Origin: an uncultured bacterium
GTDB lineage: Bacteria > Desulfobacterota > DSM-4660 > Desulfatiglandales > JALVMZ01
Length of the DNA stretch: 64,000 nucleotides
Assembly: GCA_965613025.1 (NCBI GenBank)
Contig: CBFDUE010000003.1
Span: 3,363 to 67,362, forward strand
Direction of reading: 5' to 3'
Each line of letters starts with the position of its first letter. Position 1 is the stretch's first letter. Positions 38,561-48,102 of the stretch are shown here, one piece after another. A model generated the notes under the pieces. That model was not told the origin of the DNA, did no database searches, and saw nothing but the letters and a program-made list of their open reading frames with translations. Position numbers and translations under genes: made by a program.

Positions 38561-39409
38561 CTATCCTCCTTTAAGTTCGCCTAAGGTAAAACGGATTACT
38601 ATCTCATCCCACTGTTTGCGATATATGGGAGGGAAAGGAGGCAGAGGATCTGATCTTTTAATGGCCTTAACTACAGATTCATCAAAAAGGGGATCAGAGC
38701 TTCTTTTCCTAAGGCTTATATCCATTATCTTCCCTGCCCTATTTACCTTTATCTCCACGATAGCCTCTAAATCCTGACTCCTGGCAAGGGATACAGGATA
38801 TGCCCAGTTTCCCTTTATCTTCTGTTCCACCTTTGCCTGATACAGGCTTAAGGCTGAGCCCCATAGAGATCCACTTCCACGTAATGTCACATTTGATCCC
38901 TCTCCCTGACCCCTTCCAATTCCTCCTCTTTTAACTCTTTGAACCGCCTGGATAGTGGATTTAGATTCCCTAAGTGCCTTGCCTTCCATATCTTTCTTTT
39001 TTATCCTTGAGATGGCCTCTTCAAGTAATTTTGTTGATGATTCCCTCTCCAAAGTGGTGGATAAGGTCTTTATTCTTAGCTTAGGAATCCTCCTCTTCTT
39101 TTTTTTTATATTCCATATCTCTCTTTCCCCAGGGATTCCCTTAACTTTGGAGATAGATATTAGATGCTTATTTTTTATATTTTTCTGGCCACTTTCCAAC
39201 TTATCTGAATCTTTAATATTGTGGGGAAGTTCCAGTAGATCCACCTGATAGATCATCACATCCGATAGATTCAACTTTTTTGCGGTGGGAGATAATAAAA
39301 ATAGGGGTATAATTACCATAATATGAATAAGTATAGATAATCCCACCATTGGCTTCCAATTGGGCTCTTTGATACGATCATTTACCAGTTCTTTTATTTC
39401 AGTATTCAT
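38561..39409 (-). CDS. tolA: TolA-like protein (TonB/TolA C-terminal domain)
   Basis: N-terminal TM anchor, a charged linker and a TonB_C/TolA-like C-terminus. Positioned between tolR and tolB. Confidence 0.7.
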   Translation of the reverse strand: MNTEIKELVNDRIKEPNWKPMVGLSILIHIMVIIPLFLLSPTAKKLNLSDVMIYQVDLLELPHNIKDSDKLESGQKNIKNKHLISISKVKGIPGEREIWNIKKKKRRIPKLRIKTLSTTLERESSTKLLEEAISRIKKKDMEGKALRESKSTIQAVQRVKRGGIGRGQGEGSNVTLRGSGSLWGSALSLYQAKVEQKIKGNWAYPVSLARSQDLEAIVEIKVNRAGKIMDISLRKRSSDPLFDESVVKAIKRSDPLPPFPPIYRKQWDEIVIRFTLGELKGG

Positions 39410-39419
39410 AATATGGGAA

Positions 39420-39836
39420 TCAGCTTAAAGGCCTTTTTGATACAGGTTCTGTTATCATGCCTAATCGCTTAATACCTGCCTTTTTTAATTTAGAGATAAC
39501 CTTAATTACATATCCATAGGGTAGATCCCTATCCGCCTTAAGCGCTACCTCCTTAGATTCCCTATACTTCATAATCACTCTGATCTTATCCTCTATCTCG
39601 TCATAGCCTATGGTATGATCTTCCACATAAATGCTTCTATCTTTTGAAATGGTAATAATCAAGGGCTCCTTTCCCCTGTATATCCCTTTAGAAGAGGTCT
39701 TGGGGAGATTTACCTCCACGCCTTGCATCATCATGGGTGCAGTAATCATAAATATGATAAGTAGCACCAGCATCACATCTACCAGAGGGGTGACATTTAT
39801 ATTGGACATAAATCTGTTGGAAGAATCCATTTCCAT
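39420..39836 (-). CDS. tolR: TolR/ExbD-family biopolymer transport protein
   Basis: 138 aa. INVTPLVDVMLVLLIIFM TM motif typical of ExbD/TolR. Confidence 0.85.
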   Translation of the reverse strand: MEMDSSNRFMSNINVTPLVDVMLVLLIIFMITAPMMMQGVEVNLPKTSSKGIYRGKEPLIITISKDRSIYVEDHTIGYDEIEDKIRVIMKYRESKEVALKADRDLPYGYVIKVISKLKKAGIKRLGMITEPVSKRPLS

Positions 39837-40544
39837 CTATCGTCCCATTTCTCGCCTTTGATGTATCCTCTTTAATCCTTGACGTTGAAAGATTAATATG
39901 AGCTCAGAAGAGAAGCTTTCCATCTCTGATTTAAGATTCTGGATCTGTTGAGTAAAATGATTGAAGAATATCACTGCAGGTATGGCAGCGGCAAGACCTG
40001 CGGCTGTGGCCACAAGCGCCTCAGATATTCCAGGTGCTACTGTTGCAAGATTGGCACTTCCCATAAGTCCAATCCTTCTAAAGGATTCCATTATGCCCCA
40101 TACGGTTCCAAAAAGCCCTATAAAGGGTGTGGTATTACCCGTTGTAGCTAAAAAGGGTAATGTCCTTTCAAATCGCTGTATCTGCAATGATATGCCCTTT
40201 TTTAATACCCTCTCCAAGGTATCTACATATGTATTAATATGGGGATTTGCATCTTCTGAGGGAGCTATCTTCTTAAAACGGGTAAGTTCTCTATAAAATG
40301 CCTTAAATAGTGCCACCATAGGGCTATATGGAAGATCCTCTGATTCTTTATAAAGCCGTGTAAAATCCAATCCCTCATAGAAGAGATCCATGAAGACTGA
40401 GGTATCTTCTTTTGCCTTTTTTAGACTCATCCACTTAAAGAGTATAATTGTCCAGGAAACAACAGAAAATACAACCAGTGTAAATAGCACTATCTTTACC
40501 ACCAGTCCTGCGTGCAATACCATCTGTATTATCTCATTTCCCAT
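39837..40544 (-). CDS. tolQ: TolQ (MotA/TolQ/ExbB proton channel)
   Basis: 235 aa, three TM segments, conserved LATTGNTTPFIGLFGTVWGI motif. Confidence 0.9.
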   Translation of the reverse strand: MGNEIIQMVLHAGLVVKIVLFTLVVFSVVSWTIILFKWMSLKKAKEDTSVFMDLFYEGLDFTRLYKESEDLPYSPMVALFKAFYRELTRFKKIAPSEDANPHINTYVDTLERVLKKGISLQIQRFERTLPFLATTGNTTPFIGLFGTVWGIMESFRRIGLMGSANLATVAPGISEALVATAAGLAAAIPAVIFFNHFTQQIQNLKSEMESFSSELILIFQRQGLKRIHQRREMGR

Positions 40545-40546
40545 AC

Positions 40547-41047
40547 CTATTCCTTTCTCATGGGAAGTCTTAAAAAAGAGAGGATAAAATCTACGATCTC
40601 TTCGATCTTTTCCGGGTTAAATTTTGGAATCTTAAGATCTACTTCCATTTCGGTTATCACCGCTATAAGAGTCCCATCCTTTATCATCGGCTCTTTAGAA
40701 AATTTAGGATTTAATACCTCAATCTTAGGATATCTTTCCTCCTTGTATCCTTCAGTAAGGATAATATCAAGGTCTTCCATAAATCTGATAATGGACTCTA
40801 AGGGCAATTCTTCGCTCAACTCTTTTACAATTCCTATTCTAAAAGGAGAAGAGATAATGGATACCTCTGCTCCCGCATTCTTATGCCGCCATGAATCTTT
40901 CCCAGGAAGATCCATTTCAAAGGGTCTTCTGTAGTGTTTTACTGTTCCTACTCTAAACCCTCTTCTTTTTAACTCAGGAATAAGCCTTTCAATAAGGGTG
41001 GTCTTTCCCGAATTGGATCTTCCTACTATGGATATGACAGGGGGCAT
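40547..41047 (-). CDS. mobB: molybdopterin-guanine dinucleotide biosynthesis adapter MobB
   Basis: Walker A GRSNSGKTT followed by GFRVGTVKH, typical of MobB. Confidence 0.85.
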   Translation of the reverse strand: MPPVISIVGRSNSGKTTLIERLIPELKRRGFRVGTVKHYRRPFEMDLPGKDSWRHKNAGAEVSIISSPFRIGIVKELSEELPLESIIRFMEDLDIILTEGYKEERYPKIEVLNPKFSKEPMIKDGTLIAVITEMEVDLKIPKFNPEKIEEIVDFILSFLRLPMRKE

Positions 41048-41051
41048 CTCT

Positions 41052-41225
41052 TTAAAAACATCCCAGCTGACAGTCCCTGATCTTTATCTTGTATTTATCA
41101 AGGAGCTTAGCCATCTTCTTCGTGGGTATATCTGCCTCTGCTGCAAGTTTTAATGCCTCTCTACAGCTTATCTTAGAATCCTTTGAAATTTCAAGTATCT
41201 TTTTGATCAGTTCCTCTTCTTTCAT
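41052..41225 (-). CDS. 57-aa hypothetical protein ending in CQLGCF (not in the supplied ORF track)
   Basis: My own translation of the minus strand gives MKEEELIKKILEISKDSKISCREALKLAAEADIPTKKMAKLLDKYKIKIRDCQLGCF, with a TAA stop at 41054-41052. A GGAGG RBS precedes the ATG (41225). The stop lies 4 nt upstream of the mobB start. Confidence 0.45.
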   Translation of the reverse strand: MKEEELIKKILEISKDSKISCREALKLAAEADIPTKKMAKLLDKYKIKIRDCQLGCF

Positions 41226-41314
41226 CCCATGACCTCCTGCAATAAATTGGTTTAATTTTGCTGCCTAATTCATGGAAGCTGTCTTTTCAATATACTCTAA
41301 GATCAGTCTTTTTC

Positions 41315-43249
41315 TCAGATCTCCTTCCACAATCTTCCACTAAAGGTTGCATCATATCCTCCTAAGGAATGCATACGCTCTTTAAAGGAATCAGAGCTTA
41401 TAAGCTCTATTATCATCCTTATAACACCTAAATCCAAGTATTCTGAAGGTATAATAAGATCATACTGCTCTTCCACAATAGGTATAAAATCCAGATCCAA
41501 AGCCTTCGAAGCGGCATATATGCCCATAGCACAATCAGCCAATCCACTCTTTACTGCAACAGCAACAGCCATGTGTGTAAATTCCTCATTTTCATAACCT
41601 CTAACTTTTTGAGGATCTATCCCAAGCTCTTTGAGCTTATAATCCAAGAGAATGCGTGTTCCTGCCCCTCTCTGTCGATTCACAAAGCTGATATCTTCTC
41701 TTATAAGATCTTCTACACCCTTTATGCCTTTTGGATTTCCCTTCTGAACTATAAGGCCCTGCAATCTCTTAACAAGATTAAATATGCTTACCTTAATACC
41801 TCTCAGGTATCTTTGAATATAAGAGACATTATATGTGCCAGTTTCTGGATCTAAGAGATGGGAACCTGCTATATGGGAATATCCTTTTTTTAAAGAGATC
41901 AATCCACCGAGGCTGCCCACATTTCCAGATGATATTCTCAAAGGGAGCTCTTTCCTTTTAGCCTCATCTTTGAGGATATCAATTGAAATATCATGACTTC
42001 CGATGATAAATACCGATTCTTCCACGTCTTTTTTATCAACCAGCAGTTCCACCTCTATCTCCTGCCCCTCTTCAAGCCCCTCTTTGTCCTGAGGGATTCT
42101 TACAATTCCCTCTGCTCTAATTAATGTGGAAATAGACCCCGCTGATCTGGAAAGGGGTAAAAAGATATATCTTTTCCCCACCTTTCCCACATTTACCCTT
42201 ATAAATTCTTCTATTCCAAGTCTGGAAGGAATGTTTCTACCCGCATATGCTCTAAGGGTATCTTTTCCTGTAAGTTCCATTCCCTGAAACCTTAAAAGTA
42301 TGGGTCTTATAAAGTGCTCAAATGAGATGGAGGCAGATACCATATAACCTGGATTTCCAATAATGGGAGTCCCTTTTATTATTCCTAAGATAGTGGGTTT
42401 TCCAGGCATAATACTGACTCCATGAACAAGGACCTCTCCCATATCCTCTATAACATGGGATGTTATATCCTTGGTTCCAGCAGATGACCCCGCATTTATG
42501 ACAATGAGATCAAAGTCTTTACAGAGTGCATCTTCAATCACCTCTTTAAGGAGCCTTTCATCATCAGGGACAATTTCATGAATATAAGGGATTCCATGAT
42601 TCTGTCTTACTAAGGAAGATAGGAGATAGGAATTGGAATCTAATATATTTTCAGGACTGAGTCCCTTAAGTGATTCCATCCTTTTATGGGATAGGATCTC
42701 TGAACCAGTGGGAATTATTAATACCTTTGGCCTTTTCCATACCCTAATCTTAAAATTACCTGAGGCAATAAATGCGCCAATATCATATGCATTTATTAAG
42801 TGATTTCTCGGAACAATCAGTTCACTTGCTACAATGTCTTCTCCGACCTTTCTCACATTCTGCCAAGGGTATGCAGGGGCTCTGATCTCTAAATGTCTTT
42901 CATCCAGTTGATGTAGTTTCTCAACCATAATAACGGCATCAAATCCAGGTGGAAGAGGCTGACCAGTATTTATCCATAGGGCATCTTTACCTACGGTAAG
43001 CACAAGTGGGTTTACTTCAGATGCTGAAAATGTCTTCTCTGCCCTAACTGCCACCCCATCCATAGCTGCCCCGTGATAATGGGGAACGGAGATCTTTGCA
43101 AATACCGGCCTGGAGGTGACTCTCTGAAAAGAATCTTCAACCCTTACCTCCTCCTCCTTTTTCATATACCAGCTATTTAGGCTTGAAAAAAAGACATCCT
43201 TAGCCTCCTGCATAGATCTCATTGAAAGATATATATTTCTCTTTTTCAT
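41315..43249 (-). CDS. MoeA-type molybdopterin molybdotransferase fused to a C-terminal periplasmic-binding-protein-like domain
   Basis: 644 aa. MoeA core (AAMDGVAV...PTGSE...INAGSSAGTKD...MPGKP), then ~230 aa resembling a PBP/ModA-like fold. Confidence 0.8.
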   Translation of the reverse strand: MKKRNIYLSMRSMQEAKDVFFSSLNSWYMKKEEEVRVEDSFQRVTSRPVFAKISVPHYHGAAMDGVAVRAEKTFSASEVNPLVLTVGKDALWINTGQPLPPGFDAVIMVEKLHQLDERHLEIRAPAYPWQNVRKVGEDIVASELIVPRNHLINAYDIGAFIASGNFKIRVWKRPKVLIIPTGSEILSHKRMESLKGLSPENILDSNSYLLSSLVRQNHGIPYIHEIVPDDERLLKEVIEDALCKDFDLIVINAGSSAGTKDITSHVIEDMGEVLVHGVSIMPGKPTILGIIKGTPIIGNPGYMVSASISFEHFIRPILLRFQGMELTGKDTLRAYAGRNIPSRLGIEEFIRVNVGKVGKRYIFLPLSRSAGSISTLIRAEGIVRIPQDKEGLEEGQEIEVELLVDKKDVEESVFIIGSHDISIDILKDEAKRKELPLRISSGNVGSLGGLISLKKGYSHIAGSHLLDPETGTYNVSYIQRYLRGIKVSIFNLVKRLQGLIVQKGNPKGIKGVEDLIREDISFVNRQRGAGTRILLDYKLKELGIDPQKVRGYENEEFTHMAVAVAVKSGLADCAMGIYAASKALDLDFIPIVEEQYDLIIPSEYLDLGVIRMIIELISSDSFKERMHSLGGYDATFSGRLWKEI

Positions 43250-43267
43250 TATGATTGCCCAAATCTT

Positions 43268-44548
43268 TTAAAATAGGAAGACCTCTACCTCCTCCCCTTC
43301 ATAAGCCCCTTCCCTATTCTTAGGGATACATATGTATCCATCTGCATGGATTAATGTGGAAATAAAGGCAGATTTTCCAAATATGGGCTCTGCAATCCAC
43401 CTATCCCCCTCTCTTCTTAGATGGACTCTTATAAAGTCATCTCTCCCTGAAGAGGATTCTATGTTTCTTGAAAGTTGTGCCATGAGCTTAACCTTCCTGA
43501 TATCTGCTATCATTAGTCCCCTTAGTCTTCTTAAAAGTGGCCTTAAAAATATCTCTGCAACCATCATTGAAGAGGCGGGGTGTCCAGGAAGGCCAAAAAC
43601 GGGAATCCCCCCTATCTTTGCCAAGATGGTGGGCTTTCCAGGACTGATTGATATGCCATGTGTAAGTATCTCTGTATCTTTAAAAGAGCTTATTACCTTC
43701 AGAGTGATATCTCTGACTCCTATGGAACTTCCACCTGAAATCCAGACACTATCTGAAGATTCAAGCCCCCTTTCTATCATACTCTTAAGCTCTTCAGGAT
43801 TGTCCTTACAGATTCCAAGATAGTTAGGGACCGCCCCTTCTTGAATGCATAATCCCTGCAATGTGTATCCATTTATATCTCTGATCTTTCCGGGCACTAT
43901 CTGTTGCTTAGGAGATATCAGCTCATCCCCTGTCGATACTATGGAAATTTGTGGTCTTCTATATACCTCAATTTCGGTAATCCCAACTCCTGAAAGCACA
44001 CCTACATCCTGAGGTCTCAGCATATCCCCTTTTTTAATAATCCTTTCCCCTTTTTTAATATCCTCTCCTGGTCTTATCACATTTTCATAGGGAGATATGG
44101 GTCTTATAATCTCAATGGTGTCGCTGTCCACAGTATGGGTGTATTCTATCATCACCACCCCATCTGCTCCTGAAGGAAGCATTCCACCAGTTGATATCTT
44201 CACTGCTTCGCCACTTCTGATTTCCACCTCAGGAACCTGCCCCATTCTGACCTCTCCTATGACAGTTAGAATAGATGGAATGGCTTCAGATGCACCAAAG
44301 GTATCCTTTACCTTTACCGCATATCCATCCATGGTTGCTCTGGGAAAGGATGGCATATCCTCAGGACTATGGATATCTTGGGCAGCAGTTCTACCTATGG
44401 CATTAAATAGGGATACCTTTTCAGTATCTAAGGGTCTGTGTGAGGATATGATATCCAGGATCTCTTCTCTGCTCTTTACTTTTAAATACAGACCTATCCT
44501 CCCCTTAGGGAATAGTATCAAATTATAATAGAATATTGAAATATCCAT
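43268..44548 (-). CDS. moeA: molybdopterin molybdotransferase MoeA
   Basis: ATMDGYAV, STGDEL, SGGSSIGVRD and SPGKP motifs. The N-terminal ~25 aa look atypical, so the start is uncertain. Confidence 0.85.
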   Translation of the reverse strand: MDISIFYYNLILFPKGRIGLYLKVKSREEILDIISSHRPLDTEKVSLFNAIGRTAAQDIHSPEDMPSFPRATMDGYAVKVKDTFGASEAIPSILTVIGEVRMGQVPEVEIRSGEAVKISTGGMLPSGADGVVMIEYTHTVDSDTIEIIRPISPYENVIRPGEDIKKGERIIKKGDMLRPQDVGVLSGVGITEIEVYRRPQISIVSTGDELISPKQQIVPGKIRDINGYTLQGLCIQEGAVPNYLGICKDNPEELKSMIERGLESSDSVWISGGSSIGVRDITLKVISSFKDTEILTHGISISPGKPTILAKIGGIPVFGLPGHPASSMMVAEIFLRPLLRRLRGLMIADIRKVKLMAQLSRNIESSSGRDDFIRVHLRREGDRWIAEPIFGKSAFISTLIHADGYICIPKNREGAYEGEEVEVFLF

Positions 44549-44574
44549 ATCAAGTAAGATAAAAGGGATCTCAA

Positions 44575-45300
44575 ATGGGATTTAAAAGATATTATTACTG
44601 GATCAAGGGGGATAGATTAAAAGGGGTCTTAGAGGATCTAAGATCAGCAGGGCATAGAGTAGTATCTTTAAAAAAGGGCCCTGTCTGTCTCTCCCTTAGA
44701 TCCAAAAAGAGAATATGCGTAGTATTTCAGGATGCCTGGAGCAGTGGTTGCAAAAGGCAGGGTTCATGGTATGGTCTATCTTCCAAGAGAGGAGATATAC
44801 TGCTGGTAAGTCCAATTAGGCTTAAAATAATAAACTGCCTTATAGGTGGTATAATAGAAGAAAGCGATTTTATACCTCCACGATATGCAGATTTTGAAGA
44901 TAAGCTCAGATTATTCCAAAACCTTAGGTTTAGCAATCTAATTCCATGGAGATGGAGATATGTCTCTGAATCTGAAAAGAGGATCTATATAAGATGGGCA
45001 AAGAGATTTAGGGGTAATGTGGATGACTATTATCAGCTCTATCTAAGTCATAGCGCAAATCATTCCAATTTCATCTCTCCCCTTCTATATGTAAAAGAGA
45101 AAGATCTTATAATTCCCTATTCCATAGAGCATACAGCATCAGTCTGTTCCTGTTGTATTGAGCTTTTTGGAATACTGGGCTCAGAGTTTAAGATCAGATA
45201 TGTTATTCCATGCCCCGGTGCATGTATATTTGCTGAATTAAGATCAGATATATATCTAAGAGTTACAGGGCCTTCTTATAGTCTTTTTACATGTGATTAA
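44575..45300 (+). CDS. hypothetical protein with Cys-rich C-terminus
   Basis: 241-aa ORF with no family recognised. The C-terminal EHTASVCSCCIELFG...VIPCPGAC suggests a metal-binding site. Confidence 0.4.
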   Translation: MGFKRYYYWIKGDRLKGVLEDLRSAGHRVVSLKKGPVCLSLRSKKRICVVFQDAWSSGCKRQGSWYGLSSKRGDILLVSPIRLKIINCLIGGIIEESDFIPPRYADFEDKLRLFQNLRFSNLIPWRWRYVSESEKRIYIRWAKRFRGNVDDYYQLYLSHSANHSNFISPLLYVKEKDLIIPYSIEHTASVCSCCIELFGILGSEFKIRYVIPCPGACIFAELRSDIYLRVTGPSYSLFTCD

Positions 45301-45341
45301 TCCTGAGAGTCTTAATTATCTATATTTTGTTGAATTTATTA

Positions 45342-45370
45342 TTGACATGTTCTTTTTATTATTTTTTAAT
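45342..45370 (+). promoter_or_regulatory. possible promoter of the hydrogenase operon
   Basis: TTGACA (45342-45347), 17-nt spacer, TTTAAT (45365-45370). About 45 nt upstream of the ATG at 45416. The -10 element is weak. Confidence 0.3.
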
Positions 45371-45415
45371 TTCAGACAGATTTTGAACACTTAAACACAT
45401 ATTGAGGAGGTCCCC

Positions 45416-46357
45416 ATGAGTCAGGAGAGAGATTTTTATAAGAGATTGGAGGATAAGGGGATATCCAGAAGGGAGTTTATGAAATATTGTGGTCTTTTGA
45501 CCGCAACCATGGGACTCTCTTCCTCCTTTATCCCCAAGATAGCTGAGGTATTTGCTGCACCGAAGCAGCGGCCTCCGGTGATATGGCTTCATTTTGCAGA
45601 ATGCACCGGATGTTCTGAAGCGGTATTGAGATCCATGTATCCGTGGATAGATGAGCTGGTCTTGGAGATTCTCTCAATTGAGTATCATGAAACCATTATG
45701 GCAGCTGCAGGAACTCAGGCTGAGGAGATTCTAAAAGAATCTGTGGAAAAGTATAAAGGCAAATTTATATGTGTGGTTGAAGGGGCGGTCTCTACAGCAG
45801 ATGGCGGTGTGTATGGAAAGATAGGTGGTAAGACATTCTTAGAAGTAGCAAAAGAGGTATGTCCTAAGGCAGCAGCGGTGATCTGTATCGGAAGCTGTGC
45901 CTCCTACGGTGGTGTTCAGGCAGCTGCACCAAATCCAGGTGGGTATAAGGGCATCTCTGATGCATTGGGAATTAAGACAGTAAATATACCTGGATGTCCT
46001 CCCAATCCCATAAACTTTGTTGGCACGGTGGTAAACTATCTGCTTTTGGGTAAACTACCAAAGCTGGATGATGTGGGAAGACCCCTATTTGCTTATGGAA
46101 AGACCATACATGATCAATGCCCAAGGAGGGCACATTATGAAAATGATGAATTTGTGGAGGAATTTGGCTCACCTGAAGCCGAGATGGGATATTGCCTATA
46201 CAAGATGGGTTGTAAAGGGCCCGATACCTATAATAATTGTCCAATAGTAAAATACAATGAAGGAACGGGCTGGCCTATAGGAGCGGGCCATCCATGTATT
46301 GGGTGTAGTGAGCCCAATTTCTGGGATAAGATGAGCCCTTTCTTTGTTCAGAAATAG
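45416..46357 (+). CDS. periplasmic [NiFe] hydrogenase small subunit
   Basis: Twin-arginine signal (SRREFMKYCG), proximal cluster motif (ECTGCSE), and medial/distal cluster Cys motifs. No C-terminal TM anchor. Confidence 0.95.
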   Translation: MSQERDFYKRLEDKGISRREFMKYCGLLTATMGLSSSFIPKIAEVFAAPKQRPPVIWLHFAECTGCSEAVLRSMYPWIDELVLEILSIEYHETIMAAAGTQAEEILKESVEKYKGKFICVVEGAVSTADGGVYGKIGGKTFLEVAKEVCPKAAAVICIGSCASYGGVQAAAPNPGGYKGISDALGIKTVNIPGCPPNPINFVGTVVNYLLLGKLPKLDDVGRPLFAYGKTIHDQCPRRAHYENDEFVEEFGSPEAEMGYCLYKMGCKGPDTYNNCPIVKYNEGTGWPIGAGHPCIGCSEPNFWDKMSPFFVQK

Positions 46358-46393
46358 AAAGATGATAAAAATAGAGAAAGAGAGGGATAGGCT

Positions 46394-48034
46394 ATGGGAA
46401 AGAAGATAATGATAGACCCAATCACGAGGATTGAGGGCCACCTCAGAATAGAGGTGGAGATCTCTGGAGGAAAGGTGGTAAATGCCTGGAGTTCTGGGCA
46501 GATGTTTAGAGGCCTGGAGATTATTCTTCAGGGAAGAGACCCCAGGGATGCGCCACTTATCACCCAGAGGTCATGTGGTGTATGCACCATGGTCCATTAT
46601 TTAGCCTCAGTTCGGGCAATTGAAGATGCAGTAGGAGTAATGATTCCTGATAATGCAAGGATTATTCGTAATCTTATGGCGGGGACACAGTTTCAGCATG
46701 ACCATATTGTCCACTTCTACCATCTCCATGCCTTGGATTGGGTGGATGTGGTAAGTGCACTTAAGGCAGACCCCAAAAAGACCGCTGCCCTTGCAGATAA
46801 TGTGAGCAATGCACCTTGGGGAGGAACGGTCTATTTTAAGAATGTGCAGCATAGGCTTAAGAAATTTGTTGAAGGTGGGCAACTTGGGCCCTTTAACAAT
46901 GCCTACTGGGGACATCCTGCATATAAACTTCCTCCAGAGGCAAATCTGATGGCAACTGCCCATTATATTGAGGCTCTGAGACTTCAGGCAAAGGCAGCCA
47001 AGATGCATGCGGTGTTTGGTGCAAAGAATCCCCATCTTCAGAGCTTTGTGGTTGGTGGAGTTACATGTGTAAAGGATCTTACCCCTGATAGGATTGCAGA
47101 ATATCTGTATCTTTGGAAAGAGACACAGGATTTTGTTAAGAATGTATATATTCCGGACATAATCGCATGTGCCTCCTTCTATAAGGATTGGGGTTCCATA
47201 GGAGGAACTACAAATTTCCTTGCATGGGGTGATTTCCCCCTCTCTGATAAGGAGCCAGAGAGCCTATATATGCCAAGGGGAGTGATATTAAATAGAGATC
47301 TTAAAGGCGTTAAGATGGCAACCCATGATAAGGTAGTTGAAAGTGTGGCCCATTCCTGGTATGTGGGAAGAGATGCAAAACATCCATTTAATGGAGAGAC
47401 TAAACCCCAGCATGGAGAGTATAACACAGATAAGGAATACTCATGGATAAAAGCTCCCAGATATGAGGGTCAGCCATGTGAAGTTGGGCCTCTTTCCAGA
47501 GTGTTGGTGGCATATGCAAAAGGGCATAAGGAGATACAAAAGGCAGTAAATGAGGTGCTCTATAAATTGAGTCTTCCTGTAACTGCTCTCTTTTCCACTC
47601 TGGGTAGAACCGCAGCAAGGGCAATTGAAACACTTGTTATTGGAAATGCAATGGAAGGATGGGTGATGGAGCTTGTGGAAAATCTTAAAAAAGGGAATAA
47701 GAAGACCTATGAGCCCTGGACTATGCCTAAGAGCGGTATGGGAATAGGACTTAATGATGTTCCAAGAGGTGCATTAGGACACTGGATTGAGATTGAAAAT
47801 AAAAAGATAAAGAACTATCAATATGTGGTTCCTTCTACATGGAACTTGGGACCCAGGTGTGCAAATGGAAAATTGGGACCAGTAGAAGAGTCTCTCATAG
47901 GGACACCTGTAGCAGATCCATCAAGGCCTCTGGAGATCTTACGGACAGTGCATTCCTTTGATCCATGCCTTGCATGTGGAGTACATGTAATTGATCCTGA
48001 CTCTAACAGGGTCTATAAGGTAAAGGTCTTATAG
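46394..48034 (+). CDS. [NiFe] hydrogenase large subunit
   Basis: N-terminal RIEGH and RSCGVC, plus C-terminal DPCLACGVH Ni-binding motifs. Cys rather than Sec at the C-terminal site. Confidence 0.95.
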   Translation: MGKKIMIDPITRIEGHLRIEVEISGGKVVNAWSSGQMFRGLEIILQGRDPRDAPLITQRSCGVCTMVHYLASVRAIEDAVGVMIPDNARIIRNLMAGTQFQHDHIVHFYHLHALDWVDVVSALKADPKKTAALADNVSNAPWGGTVYFKNVQHRLKKFVEGGQLGPFNNAYWGHPAYKLPPEANLMATAHYIEALRLQAKAAKMHAVFGAKNPHLQSFVVGGVTCVKDLTPDRIAEYLYLWKETQDFVKNVYIPDIIACASFYKDWGSIGGTTNFLAWGDFPLSDKEPESLYMPRGVILNRDLKGVKMATHDKVVESVAHSWYVGRDAKHPFNGETKPQHGEYNTDKEYSWIKAPRYEGQPCEVGPLSRVLVAYAKGHKEIQKAVNEVLYKLSLPVTALFSTLGRTAARAIETLVIGNAMEGWVMELVENLKKGNKKTYEPWTMPKSGMGIGLNDVPRGALGHWIEIENKKIKNYQYVVPSTWNLGPRCANGKLGPVEESLIGTPVADPSRPLEILRTVHSFDPCLACGVHVIDPDSNRVYKVKVL

Positions 48035-48102
48035 AGGGGGATATAAAGGCTACTTCACAAAAAAACCATGTTAATGGGGAAGTGGCCATTATATTTTAAA
48101 AT

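Noticed and set aside
43332-44528. Long antisense ORFs inside well-supported genes. Examples are 43332-43823, 44097-44528, 40512-40934, 46607-47035, 62999-63427, 59317-59724, 57642-58049, 26425-26793 and 8978-9319.
   Set aside because: Each lies entirely inside a gene with clear family motifs on the opposite strand. Their translations are low-complexity and Ser/Leu/Pro-rich with no motifs, which is typical of spurious shadow ORFs.
44575-45300. Calling the Cys-rich hypothetical protein a nucleic-acid deaminase.
   Set aside because: The spacing of EH...CxCC...PCx3C only loosely resembles the HxE...PCxxC deaminase signature, and the catalytic HxE is not present. It is kept as an uncharacterised protein.
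46394-48034. Possibility of a [NiFeSe] hydrogenase with an in-frame TGA selenocysteine codon.
   Set aside because: The large-subunit ORF is uninterrupted, and the C-terminal Ni ligand motif reads DPCLACGVH with Cys. No in-frame TGA or SECIS-like hairpin is needed.
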